A stretch of 64,000 bases of DNA from Amoebophrya sp. A120 (Eukaryota > Protista > Dinoflagellata): the NCBI GenBank assembly GCA_905178155.1, contig CAJINV010000001.1:6233860-6297859 (forward strand), read 5' to 3'. Below, one piece after another: positions 11,479-25,000 of the stretch. Position numbers and translations under genes: made by a program. Positions within the stretch are counted from its first letter, which is position 1, and the number at the start of each line of letters is the position of its first letter. The notes under the pieces are model-generated. The model was given only the letters and a program-made list of their open reading frames with translations, had not been told where the DNA came from and did no database searches.

Positions 11479-12532
11479 ATAATTTGATAATAAATTGTAA
11501 TTCTTTTTTCCATTTTCAAGCGATGGGGATTCATTTCTTCGCATTACTTGTTCGGCCGTACGGCAGTGACACATGGCGTACTACGCTGGCAGCTCTCCAG
11601 AACATTAAGTTGTAAAATGGAGAAAAATTATTATCAAAACCAATACCAACCGAAGTTGCACATCGGTATCGGTTTTTCTGCCTGATGTTGCAGCACTGCT
11701 TGTTCGCCCACAACATAACCACAATCCTGTGGACTTACTTTGGAAGTATACATTTACATTCACATTAGAATAAGAAGGAGCTTGCTCGTTCAGCGAAAGT
11801 CGTCGGCAATAGATACGCTGGTAGTTTGTGTTTGGCTTTGGCTTTCATCTTGGTTTTTCTTGTTGTGCTCGTTTTTTCTTCTCCGTCAAGACGGCGCCTG
11901 CTTGTTGAGCGGAAAAATAGGAAAGGAAGTCCAAAATTGCCTTGAAGGCACCCCACGGTCTGTGTGTGGCTCTCGTACTGTGTGCTTTTTCAATTTAATC
12001 TGCATCCCGTGCTGCAGCCCGATGTGCTGCCCCTCCCGTGGTATGCGTCTCTCTTTCAAGTGTGAAGTTTTTAGTGAGCTGGAACTTCGCTGGTTAATGA
12101 TAGGGCTTGTCTTTATCGAGTAAAACAACTCGAATTCTGGTCCCAGGGTCCCTATCCGTTTCGTAGTGCCGTCGGCTCTGCCAACGCATCTCACTCATGT
12201 GGAAGGCCATGTTGGTTATCGAGCTGCAGTAGGCAGATTCACGACGAGGAGCAACTACTAGAAGTAAGTGGATTTTTTCTGCACAGTCAGCTGGTGAAGC
12301 ACGGCGTGATTTGTTTTCGTCAACGACGAACTTTCTGTCTCGCTCTCCAGCGGGCAGCGGCAGCGGGACCAGCAGAAACAACGCATAATTTTGCAGTGTC
12401 GGTCGCTCAAAGACCAGGCACGCAAGAACGAATCGACTCCTGCGCTTTTGGAAGCAACATTTGAAGACTGCCCCCCGTTCTCGATTTTGTGGCTCTATCT
12501 TGATAGCCAGCGATACGCAGAGCACCAGCACT

Positions 12533-15049
12533 ATGTTCCAGCAACCCGGGACGACCTCAAGGTCGTTGTCTCGGCCGCCGTTGCAGACGGGACATCTTGT
12601 GGCACCGCAGCTGCAGGTGAGACAAAAAGCATGTTTGTCGTTCTTGTTCCCGTCGGACGAAAAGAAAATGAAAATCAAAATGTTTGTTTCTTCTAAGTCG
12701 CCACGAGAGAACAAAAAACAAAAACTCCAGGTGCCCCAGATGGGTTTCAACATGCAACCGCTTTTCGGTGGCGGGTACCCGACCCTCGGTTCTGCTCAGA
12801 ATAGCCGGGTTGCAACGCCTTTGCAGTACGCAGCAAAGCCCTCGCAATGTTTGTCGGCGTCGCAGAGGAGCGTCCACATGGTGCAGCACCAGCAACCCGC
12901 GCAATTACAGCACAGTGGGCCGGGCGTGCCTGTCGTCGGTCAGCACCACGCGGCCGCGGTGCAACAAACCAGTGCAGCGTCGACGCGCCAGCCTCCGCTG
13001 CCACCCTCTTCTTCGCAGAGAGCGGGTAAGATATTTTTAACGAAGATCAAGATTTTTTACTCATTGAGGTTTCATCTGTTACAACTACATGAGGGACTCA
13101 TAATTGTCGAGTCCTAGGTAAAAATGTTGGATGCCTTAGCATATCACCAGAAAGTAGATGGTGTGGCTGAACAAAACAAAATAGGCTCCGCAGCTCCAAT
13201 ACCGACGTCGGCAGCAGCTGCTGCGTCCAGCGCTCAACCGCAGCACGGTATGCGGCCGCCTAGTGGCACTGGCACCGTGCAGCAGCGCGCCGGTGGGTCG
13301 TCTTCATCAACCAAGCCAGCAGGGTATACGTCGAGTAGCAGCACGCCTGGAGCCACCACATCGCAACAACACCAGCGCCCTGCTACTGCTGGGTCAACGA
13401 TAGCAGCAAGTGCCGCTAGTACGCAGCACTACCAGCACCAGCAGACGATGATGCACAAACCGAGGACACCTGGGATGGCGAGCAGCAGCACGATAATACA
13501 CCAGTCGCGCGGCGGCGGTGGCGGAGCACCACCACCAACATCCGGCAGCACAAAACCCACCACCGGGCCACCAAAAGTGCACTCGTTCACGAGCAAAGAC
13601 GCCTCCTGCCAGCCGCGGTTGCAGACGCTAAACTTCAACCAGCGCCACCCACCGGTGCCGCCGCCACAAAAGCTGACCGCGAAAGCCAAGGTCGAAGCGA
13701 CAATTGCGAAAATGAAGCGCGAAGGGCCGTTGCCACCAGATAAGATACCGGGCGGGCAGCGCGCGGCCATAACTGTTTTAGACGGAAAGTACGTCATTCG
13801 TGGGCCAAAAGCAGTGCTAGACTCGTTGCGGAAACACCCTGTTTTGGCGGAGATGAGCGAGAAAGATGCCGTCGCGTATTTTGCTAGTTTGACATCTTGA
13901 TCGTGCAGCACCACTTTCGTGACTACAACTAACGTGCAGTTTTCTGACTTTTGATGCTGTATCTGCGGTTTTTTCTGGAAACCCCAAAGGCTATGGATCT
14001 GAATATTGAAAGGTGGTGCGAGGACGGCGCGCCTCCGAGCAACACGCTGATCGCGCTAGATTTCGATAAGACCTTGGTAAAAAACTTCCTCTGGGCGGAG
14101 CTAGGCGGCCTTCAAGGAGTTCAGGTAGTTTTTGGGTGCACTTGCATTTACTATTACTTTTTGTTTGTAAGAACCTAAACCTGTCGTGCCTGGTGCATGA
14201 TCTGGATCAGTCGGCAAGAATGGCTATGACATCTTGCTGCGGGGGCATTATCAATGAATTCCGTTTCCGAAATGACCAGCTACACCAAATAAACCACAGA
14301 TCCAGAAGGCCAACCTCGCAAACTGGGTTCGAGAGGGAAAACTGCTCGGCCAAGCGTTCGGAGGAGAGGACCGAATAGCCAAGCTGCGAAGAGTCATTGA
14401 AGCCAGGCATGCCAGGGGAGACTTCGTCTGCATCTTGAGCTCAGGTATTGATTGTTCAAGCAGTCAAAACGAATCGAGCCTCCACCTGTATACCCGCTAC
14501 TCTCCGAGTCCGAGCTTTGATGAACTAAATGCATATTGATCTCAAGCTTGTGAAAGAGAGTGATACTCCTGCAAGATCAAGAAACACACACTCAGGTTTC
14601 GCGCAAGTGATTAAGATCGCTTTGCAGCACGTTGGCTTGTCCGATGTGTTGCCACAGGACCTGATCTTCGGATGCGACACGCAGCCGTATGGAATCAGTA
14701 AGAGCTCGCGTTTGGCGAAGCTGAAGGAAAAGCACCAGAGGGCGAAAGCTGTTTTAGTGGACGACGACCTAAAGTACTCGACATTCAATGCAATGCTGAT
14801 CTCGTTGTAAGTATGTATCAGCACGAAGTCACAACTGTTTTCCACCACACTCATGGCTATATTGCACTCGCTAGGTTGCAGAAAAGTAGCGTTCATATTT
14901 CGTAAATCCTTCTTCCCAAAAAAATTTGCAGCTACTGCCGGCAGGCCGTGCAGCAGGGTCACAGCGCAATCTGGGTAAAGGACGGACAGGGTATCGAGGA
15001 CGTGGAAATGCAGAAGCTTTTGACAGACTCCTTTGATGTGAATTTTTGA
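12533..15049 (+). CDS. HAD-superfamily hydrolase with long disordered Q/S/P-rich N-terminus
   Basis: HAD motif I ALDFDKTL, motif II CILSSG, motif IV VLVDDD. Introns 12617-12730 (GT-AG), ~13025-13118 (non-canonical register needed), 13883-13989 (GC-AG), 14125-14299, 14445-14595, 14774-14931. Stop TGA 15047-15049. Confidence 0.75.
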
Positions 15050-15479
15050 GACATCACTAACTAACTATAACTTCCACGTCTGAGCAGTTGTCAAGCTCAA
15101 GAAGAGCTCCCGAACTCCCGACTTAATTTGCGGCGACCTCGTCAGCGTCAGGGGGGGGAAGCTTTAGTGTGCAGCAGCACTTTTTTGAAGTTCACAGCCT
15201 TCTTCACCTTTGACATTTATCTTATCAGCACGAACGTTTGTTTACTTTGGCGATTGCAGCCATCACCATGCCAATAAAAGTCTCAGTGCTCATATGCTTT
15301 GCTGCAGCCGCCTCCACAACAGATCTGACGCAGTTTTGGCAGGTGAAGCATTAGTTAAAGGTAGTTGCGCGTCGTCGTGTATGTGACGCACATGGAAGGC
15401 GAATTTAGCAGATTAAAACGGAAATTCCATCGACGACCAGACCACCAAGAAATCGATCAGGGCAGGAAGCCAAGACATT

Positions 15480-17000
15480 TGTGTTCGGAATTGATTTACG
15501 CGACGAATTTACGGCATGGCAGCCACAGTGCGCTTCGTTTGAGCCTGACGGCGAGGCGGCGCCATGGGCATTTGTTAGGCATTTTGCACCGTTCTCGTCC
15601 AAGAGAACGCCACGGGCCGCAGTGTTCGCGGCAGGCCTCCGAGCTTCTGCGCTTGCCTGCCCAGACTTAGCCGGGAGCGCGTCCTCCCTCGCCCCCCGCC
15701 TTGGCGCCCCCAAGTACGCGGGGGCGGCCGCCTGCAAATGCGCAACCAGGGCCGACCGTGCGGCGCAAACGAAGACGGGCAGGGCCAAGACTTGCGCGCA
15801 CCGGCGCGGGAGCTACGGCCCAGCAGGGTGGCGATTTGGACCTGGGCGGGTGTGTTGCTTGTTATTTGGCCGGCCCACCTGCGGGACCGACGCGCCTTGG
15901 AAGGGTTTCAGCCTCGACGGCGCCCCTTATGCGTGGCCTGCGAACTTGGACGACCCCAGGCGCTACAGCGCGGGCGGATTTTTTGTTTTACAACGAAGAG
16001 CGAGGCCGGCCGGGCCGGCGAGCTAGCAGTGGCGCGCCAGCGCCGCAGCTGATAGCCCCAATGTAATTGGCGGCGCCATTGGTGGCGCAGGCGGAAGCCA
16101 TGGCGCCCAACTTCGCCGCGGCCGGGCGGACCGGGGCGAAAGGGGCCGCCGCATTGCAGAACGCCGGCGGCATTGCGGCGGGGGGGGGCCGGCAGCCCGC
16201 GGGGGGGCTTTGGTTTGTTCTTTGGCGGCGCGCGCCCAGCGCCGGAGGAGTTTGGCCGCCCGCCGGCCCCCCATTGCCCGCTTCCTTTCGGAGAAGTCCT
16301 TGGCGGCGTTATGGCGTGGAAGCAGGGCGGCCCAGCCAAGGGGGCGAGCGCGACCTGTATGGACGGTTTCGAAGTGGAGCAGGGCCCGGCCGAGGGCAGT
16401 GAAGCGGATGGATCGCAGCGATCGCCAATGCCGCCCGCGTTTCGAAAGCGCCGCAGGGAGATTGAGGGCGGTCGGCCCTGCCGGCCCAAGCATGCAGGGC
16501 CGGCCCGGGGGCCCAACAAGCGGCCCGGCGGTTTTGGCGGACGCCCGGCCCCCCTTTCATTCGCGCCGGCCGGCGCTATGGCCCGCCCCCGGCCCGCCCC
16601 CCGCCGGCACCCTGGTTGTTTCTCTTCTCCTTCCGCCGGCCCCTATTCTATTGCGCCCGCCTTTGGCGCGGCAGGCACGCAAGCACCCACAGCACACCGC
16701 CCTGCGGGCTGAACAGAACCGGCCCCGGCGCGCCGGCCGGCTTGGGATCGGGCGCAGCAGTCTGTGGGCGCAGCTGGAAGGCCGCCGCGCCGCTGCCCCT
16801 TGTTCTTGCTACCGGGCTGCTAGTGCCGGGGGCTGGTGCTGTCTAGTAACGTAGTGCCGCCTTGCCGTAGCTGGGCCGGTAGCCTGCAAGGCCAGTTGCA
16901 TTTTCAAGATTCGGCGCGAAAGAGCCGGCTCGGCTCGATTTGATTGCGTGTCAGCATGTCTGGGGCCTGGCCTCCCTGATCCCTGCACGTAGGATTGATT
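15480..17000. other. Very GC-rich degenerate segment (repeat or pseudogene remnant)
   Basis: Abrupt rise in GC with GCGC, GGGG and CCCC runs. The overlapping Ala/Arg/Gly/Pro-rich ORFs on both strands show no recognisable domain. Boundaries are approximate. Confidence 0.5.
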
Positions 17001-17356
17001 TTCGCCAAGCACGTCGTGTGTGTTCTTCTTAGTATTTTGAAGATGATGAGCATGAAATCGCCGGAGACGCTTGGCGGCCCATCCCGTAAATAGTGAAAAG
17101 CTTCTCCTTATTGGGCCAGCGCCGCACCTACTTCTTCACTTTTCTTTTTCTTGCCTCCGCTGTCATACACGGAAACTTCAAACACTATTCCGCGCACGTA
17201 TCAATTTGATTGTGTGTCGTGTCTTTTGACATTGACAATCGTGACTCAGAGGAGGAGAACCAACGACCCAGCACAAGTATCCTGTCGCACTTCAGAGTCT
17301 GAGTCTACGTCTACATCTGTTGCTTAGCATAAACACCGACTAAAAATATAATCATC

Positions 17357-17593
17357 ATGGCGTACGGTCGACGGGGTTTGACGCTGCTGTTACTGCTGGC
17401 ACTTCTGCTGGTGGTGTACGCAGCGACGAACAGTGTGTATTGGATCCATTGGATGGTGCTCGCGATCTTCATCGGCATGCTCTACATCTGCGACTTGGTC
17501 TTTCTCGGTGATGGCGCGTTCGACTTTGATCCGTTCTACGCGTCATACGCCAAGAAGACCGAGCCCGACTACTTCTCCCAGAAAGTCGGTTAA
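17357..17593 (+). CDS. Small two-TM membrane protein (78 aa)
   Basis: ATG after an A-rich leader; two hydrophobic helices (LTLLLLLALLLVVYAA; WMVLAIFIGMLYICDLVFL) followed by FDFDPFY. A spliced 3' extension towards ~18095 is possible but unsupported. Confidence 0.75.
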   Translation: MAYGRRGLTLLLLLALLLVVYAATNSVYWIHWMVLAIFIGMLYICDLVFLGDGAFDFDPFYASYAKKTEPDYFSQKVG

Positions 17594-19097
17594 GCAGTTA
17601 TTTGTTGTGCCGAGGAAAGATATTCGAATTTTTACACGACTTTTTTACGCCATGCTGTTCAGGGGTGTTGGGCATCAACAGGTTGGTGACTGCTTTCTTC
17701 GCCGCTGGCGGTTTCTGCGTCTGCAACCACGTTTCCGCCTTGTACCTCCTCCAGCGACGAAGCGCATTGCTGGACATAATTCGGAGGTACAGTAGTTAAA
17801 ATCCCCATCTACTTAGTTGTGAGTTGTTTCCACTAGTTTACTGTGAACGTGAAGGTTAAAGAAGCGAAACCCGAAGTCGTGTTTTTCTTTGAAACACAAG
17901 CACGAAACTGACTCTTACCACAGGTACAACATGCGCAGTTGTAGGGACTGCACCAGCACCAGAGCAGGAACCGTATCAGGCGGCAGAAGTAACCGACCAT
18001 GTTGGACGCCCTTCGGCGTGGTTCATCACTCCGTTCATCGTTCTTTCGAATTATCCTTGCCAAGCTGCATCTTCGGGATTCGTACTCGAAAATAGACCGA
18101 ATGAAGATGTGTGTGGCAATTTTTCGTTGATTTCTTGTGCTGTTTTAGAAGTAAAAAAGTTTACCCTGAGCTGGTTGCGTTACATAGCAGCTTGCTGTTG
18201 CAAGTCAACATTCCTCCAGCCAAGCGTCGTGGCAGATCATGAATATGTTCCTTTTGTTGACAAGAGTTCCATCTACACCTTTCTCGGTCGGCAGTTTATC
18301 TCACGAGTCTACTCTTTCTGCATTGCTGCTGGGCGCGTCTTCCTCGTCCACTTTCAAATCGGTTGCAATCTTCAATACCACGGACGGTCTCTTTCGTTTT
18401 TCACTTTTCACGAGCGACCACTTGACCCTGCACGGGGAGGTCGTCAAGCGTATAAAGATGCAAACATTCTGTATCTAGTACAAACATGGGCGCATTTTTC
18501 GTGTGATCCATCTACTCGCTCCTCTCGTGATTTGATAGAGTCTCAATGCCTTAGGCTTTCCTTTTCCAATGTTTTAGTCAGTGTCTCTGTCTTTCCGCAA
18601 GGGTCGGCATTCGTGGATGTAGCTGCAAGTGCAAGTATTCGTCGAAACGTTTTTTTCTGCTGTCACACTCGTGGTCGTCATGGCGAAGATCTCATGCCAA
18701 AGCCAAACTGGTTAGAATTCACCGTGTAATACAAACTGCGGCAAAAGCATAGGCAAAAGCTGCAGTTGCCTCCTACTTACGTTTTTGAAGATCGTAGCAG
18801 AGCTTTTCGTTTCACTATCGTCGATCTTCATGTCCTCATCTTTGTTTGTGCATCATATTCCATTTTTCTTTTTGATTCGTGGAAACAGCTTTTTTTTGAG
18901 ATACCTCTCGCGGGACGGGGTTCCCGGGTGAGGTAGGAAGGGGCGGTCGTTAAGAGTAGGACACCTTAGTTAGTACATTAGAAGTTGGGCTTTAGGATTG
19001 TTTTCCGCCTAGGTTTTCTTGTAGTCTCGAGTCTCATCGCATTATTTTTCCGTTCTCATTACACTTAGACTTACCCAGCACCTTTGGAAACGCAAAC

Positions 19098-22000
19098 ATG
19101 AACGTGCTTCAGAACATGCGTATGTGGTCCGATGCGGGCTTCACGGAGGACCAGAAGCGGAAGCAAAACGACCTGCTGGAAAAGTCGAAAGCGCAGCTTC
19201 CGAAGCTCGGCCGGGCGTTCGACTTGAAGCACGAGGAGGGTCTGAAGAACGCGTACATTTTGAAATCCCGAGCCAGCGAGGCTTCCACCCGCACTCCCTC
19301 CGCGCGCAGTGAGATCAGCTCCCGCTATCCCACGAAAAAAGTGTTACAGTTACACATTTGTAGTCAATTCAGCAACACAAATTTCTCTGCATGAGCGAGA
19401 AAACTTGTAATGCAGAAATCCTACGGGAAAACGCCTATGATACGAGGCTTCTATGAGTATCCGGCATGACAGAGCTTGTCTGTCTTGCTTGGCCTGCAAC
19501 GCAATGTGTAACTGTCACACTTTTTTCTTGCGATACCCGCCCGGCAACCTCCTCCGGTGTGATGAGCACGCGCGCAACGACCCCCGCCGGCGTCTCGATG
19601 AGTATGAGCCGCGCGTCTTCTTCGAGTCCGACGAAAATGGGAACGAGGAATAGTGGGGCGTTCGCCAGGTCGGGCTCCAGTTCGAGAATGCAAAGCGGAA
19701 TCAAACGAAGCACCACTGTCCAGGCTGTCGCAGTGGAGCACGAACAGTATGTGGAGCAAATGCAGGCCTTGGGAGTGAACACCGACACGGATGTAAGTCG
19801 GCCCGGAACTGCGCCCGCCGGCAGTATATTTGGCTCTCTCAGCATGAACGCTAACCCATCTTCAGGAACAACTTCTTCAATGCGCCCGGGGTCCAGCATG
19901 AACTACAGTAGGTCCTCTAGAATAAACAATTACAGCACCAGTATGACCGCGAGCCGGTCTCAGTCCGCTTCAACTCGCGGAGGCGCGTCCAGCAGTGCCG
20001 CGTCCATGAGGTACAATTTTGACGCAGAAACCTTGGAAAAAGCGGCGGCACGCCACGACCAGAAGCGGAAGCTGCGACTAGGCGGGCCACGGAACCCGCT
20101 TTTCGAGGGGCACTGGCAGGTGTTTAAGAAGCAGTCGGTGGTTTCTTTGGAGCGAGAATACAAGATCGCCAGTAAGAAAAAAGTGGAGGAACGGAAGATC
20201 GTGCGGGATGCGCATTACGCGTTGGAGAGCCGCGAAAAGGGGCTGAACATGCCTCCGGAGATGCCGAGCACCGCCCGAGAGATGGCGATCGTGCGCGCGC
20301 GTCGGTGGCGCGATGAGGTTATGCGGCGGCGGATCCGGGACGACGTTGCGTCATTGTTCAACATGAATGATTTGATGCGCGACTTCGAGAAACGGGTCAA
20401 GAAGGTTCGGGAGAAACTTCTGAAGGCCCAGCTCGACCCGCAGATAATGAAAATTGCGGAGGCGCTCGCCGCCGCGGTGCCCACCGCAAATACTGCGAGT
20501 ACACCAACCGCCAGCAGTGGGAATCTCCTTCGGTTGCTCCAGGGAGACGACGACGGCAGGAACGCAGAGTTCTTGGATTCCATCGCTCGGCAGTGGCCGT
20601 ACGGGTACAAAACGGAGCTGTTCAAGTGGCTCGGGCGGTTGTTCAAGGGCGTGATCGCCGTGGAAACCGGCAGGAGTACTAGCCAGGACGAAAACAACAA
20701 AGCGGTCGTAAAGCAGACGAAATCGGTCCTCAGTCTTTTGAAAGCGAATCCGAAGCACGCGGGGCAAATTCAGAAGCTGTTCGCGATCATCGACCGGCAT
20801 TTCTTGCCGAAAGAGGAGGAATACATCGAAGATATCGACGAAGAGGCGGAACTGCTGAAGAAAAAGGACTTCAATCTCGAAGCACGGTTAGATGTGAAGG
20901 AGAAGCAGCGCATCGACGACATGCTGGCGCTGAAGCTGGGCGTGCATGCACCGAGGTGGAAGGGTTTCGGCGAGCCGATCTACGGCAGTCCGCAGTTTTA
21001 CGGCCTAGCGCCCGAGCCGGAGCCGCCGGAAGCGACGCCGGTGGTGTTGTCCGACACGAAAGAGTTCGAAAAGCGGGGCTTGGAACTATTCCGCAGCAGA
21101 CTTACCAGCTTCGGCACGGCGCAGGACGAGCGCAGAAACAACCAAGAGAAGGCGCGCGACGTGTACACGCAACTGCAGGAGGAGTCCGATTTCTACCGAA
21201 ACAGGAAAGTGCCGCCCTGCGCGTGGAACGCGAACGAGACGCTGCTGGGTTCCGTGTGGTACGTGGATTTTCTCTGGGAGGTGCTGGAGAAAAAGTCGTT
21301 GCAACTAGAGCAAAAGAAGGAGTTCGTCCGCTTGATTGCGCAGCAGCGTGCCATCGCGCGACGCGACCGGGACGTAAAATCTACGGTGGAAAACGTGGAG
21401 CTGTTCCCCGCCCGGCAAACGATGTTGGAACCGCTCGCGAAGGGGAAAGAGGAGACGCACGAGGAGGCGCTGGAGCGGATCCAGGTCAACGTGGACCTGC
21501 AGCGGGCGCGGACGAAAAAGCAGCTGTACCTGCAGCGGAGGCGGTGCCAGACCTCGCTGGGCCTGCTTTTCAACCGAAAGATCGACATGCAGGCGCTCCA
21601 GGGGTACCTGGCCCGGAACAAGTTTGGGGACGTGGACCAGTTCCTCAAGAACTTCCGCGAGTCCCACCCGAACTACCACCGTCCAGAATCGGCGGGCGGA
21701 AGTCTCCCCGGCGCCGAGGAGTCGGTGTCGTACACGATGGGCAAAAACATCTACCGCAAGTTGCACGAGGGCATGGATCAGCTGAAAAAGTCGAAGGCCA
21801 TCCGGAAAGGAGCCGCGGGGGTATTGCAGCGGGCGCGGAAGCGCTCCAGCAGTCGCGACGAGGAAACGACCGGGGACGAGGCAGCGGGTGAGGACGCCGC
21901 GGATGTCGGTCCGATCGCAAAGAAAAAGTACATCAAATCAAAATTTTTTTATTCGTGACTTTTTTCACGTGCCTTCAGGTTCAGGTTGCTATGATTGTAT

Positions 22001-25000
22001 TTGTGTCACAGGCGACGGGGCTCTGCGCTCCGTAGTTTTGTAAAATTTCATTGAGCCGGCGAAGGACTAACTGGCAGCGTTTTCACTACTTTCAGGCGTA
22101 GCCAGGACAAGGCTGGTGCACGGTACCTGCAGAAGTCAAGTCTCGTCGTGCCACGCGGGATTGTGAAAGCCTTGGTGGAGAGCAAGCACTCTGTAATGGC
22201 GATGATGGATAGCGGCGAAGAGACACATGACATGAAGGACCACCGGCAGAAGCGGCTGCTGGCCATGCCGAAGAGTGACCCGGTTCTGAAACAGCACCTG
22301 GAACGCGTTTTCATGAAGGTCTTCGCGCAGGAGATGAAGGCACGATCGATCGTCTTGACCGAAAAGCAAAAGTCGGGGTCTCCGTCAAGCACCGCTGAGG
22401 TACGAAGAGGAAGAAAGCGCTTATTGTTATTTCAACAAGATATGAAATTTGATTGGTCTCGTCTCTACTTGTTAGTTTTGCTGGCACCACGCAATGTCTA
22501 CTTCTCAACTAAAATCAAAATGCAAATCAGATCTCCACCTCCAGCATCACTTCGATGTTGCACCAGCTGCGGCACCTGGACGTGTCCGAGAAGCGCATCC
22601 AGCAGTGCCAGCAGATGGGCCTCTGCAACAGCGACTCCATGACGTACGACGAGTGGACGCAGTTTTACAACATGTACTGCCACTTGGAAATTGAGGACCT
22701 GGCAGTTTTGTTCCACCAGGCTGTCCGCGCGCGCCGACTGCACTCCGCGGCCATGCGGGCCTTGATGGATGACAAGCCCGACCTCGAACCGGTTCTGGAC
22801 GTTAAGGGGTTCTTGGCGTTGTTGATGCGCGGAAACAGCTGGAGCTTGCTCGGGGAGTCGTATTTGAACGACCTTGTGGAGGCGATTCGCGGGATCTTCG
22901 ACGATTGCGCTCCAACTACGCACAAAGTACACGTGCTCCGCGAGGAGGAGGAGGACGAGGAGGACATGTTGGGCGCGAACGTGAAGCTGCCGACCAGTCC
23001 GTCTTCGCCCGGTGGAGCTAGTGGTAACGTTATGTCGTCTACATCCCCGGCGAGCAGCACCAGGAAGACGAATTTGCGTCTCGGTGGAGGCGCAGGGGAG
23101 GTTGATGCCACTGATGAGGACAACGAAGACGGCGAGGAACAACCGGATGGTGCGTCGAAGCAACCGACCACCGGTGCGGAGTACGCAATCTCTTCCACGA
23201 TGAACCGACCACCGGTGCTGAGCAAGCGACGAGACAGCAAAACCTTCGTGGACGAAAACACGGGCGAAGTGTTCGAGATCGTGGAGCTGCGGACGATCAA
23301 CTTCGGGCAGTTCGCGCGCATGTACTACTACGCGGTGAAATCGCACGGGTTCAGTAGGGACGAAATGTCGGAAATCGAAGACGCTTTTGAGAAATTCCAT
23401 GCGAAATTCCAGCTCGAGGCAGCGGAAATCTCGGACAAGGTGCGGAAGCAGAAAGAGAAAATCAGGTTGCAACGCCGGTTCCAGATGCAGAGCCAGATCG
23501 GGCTGGAGTTCGACCCGAACGCGACCGCCTCGGAAACGGAGGCGGAGTTGGAGATGCGCATGCTGACGCAAGAGGAGAAGCTGGAGCGCTGGGCGGTCGA
23601 GAGCAGCGAGCGTGCGGTGCTGATCAACGTGAAAAAGAGCATAAGGCCCATGCTGAATTGGCTCGGGTTTGCGGCAGAGGAGCTCCCCGAAAAAGAGATT
23701 GACAAGCGGTTGGCGCAGGTTGTCACGCACGTGGGTGCGCAAAACAAATTCGGTACCGTAGACCTGGATGGACCGATTGACTTGATGCGCAAGATGCTCG
23801 CGGAGGGAACGGTAGTACCCCTTCCGAAGAAGGAAAGCGAAGCCCTGGCGACAGTTGCGGAAGAGCAAGAAGTTGAGGACAAGGCGGACGCAGGTTCGTT
23901 CTCGCTATTTTGCTTTTGGTTTTGACTGCGTAGTTGCTCTTCGCCGCATAAGATTATCTCGTGGTTATGTGTACAACTAGGGTAAGTCTAAGTGTCGAAG
24001 TAGAAAAGCTGAAGGGAAAATATCTGCATCCTCATGATTACAGTCTACGGTCGTCGCCCCCAATCGGGGAACAAGCCTTCCAAGATCCAGGAAGCCAAAT
24101 ATCTGCCACCGGAGGGCTTCTGCTGGTTCACTTTCCCGCAGACGGTTTACGCTTTGTCCTTGTTCCGGGAGTACTTCGCGCAGTCCGTTTGCGACCGGTT
24201 TATGCAGGCGGACGTGGACGGATCGGGCGGGGTGGACAGCGAGGAGTTGGCGAACATATTGTCGGTGGTAAACCAGAGCAGCGTGACGCAGGAGTTCCTG
24301 CAGGATTTGTACACGGACATCGGGAAGGACCTCGACGACGAGTTAACGTTAGAGGAATTCAACGAGGTGTACAAGTTGTACCGCACGCGGGCGGGATTTT
24401 CCAACAACGAGATTGTCGAGTTCCACGCGGCCTTCGACAAGTTTGCCGAGCCATTGAGTAAGTTAAAGCGAATCGAGGAAACAAAGAAGACAAAGCTGCT
24501 GTCACTCGTCAACAAAACCGCACCGCCCGAGGGGTCTGGAATGGCGAACGGACATACGAACGGTGCCGGTGCTGCTTCTAACGGCGCGGCCAACGGAACC
24601 ACCGCGGCAGCCGCCAGCGCGGCAAGCAGCCCCGGAGAACAAGAAGCGGCGTCAGCAAGTCCAACCTCTCCGCAACAGCCAGCTGCCGCAGTTGAGCAGA
24701 CAAAGAGCCGCAGGACGACTGCCAGCTCCGGTCACCAGCAACAGCAGCAGAACAAAAAAACACCGGGCGCACGCGGCGCTGATTCAGCGACTTCGAGCGA
24801 AGATGACGAGCAGGTTCTGGCTGACATGCAACAGGACCCGAATCTTCGCGGATCGAGAAGGAGCAGTCTGGCGACGAGCATCAGCGCAGGCGGCGGCGAG
24901 TTTGGTGGGTCCAGACCAGGATCGCCCTCCGGCAGGCACGTGAGCATTATGGACGTTCCCGGGAGTCCTCGATCGAGAATGAGTGGCAAAGGGGTGACCA

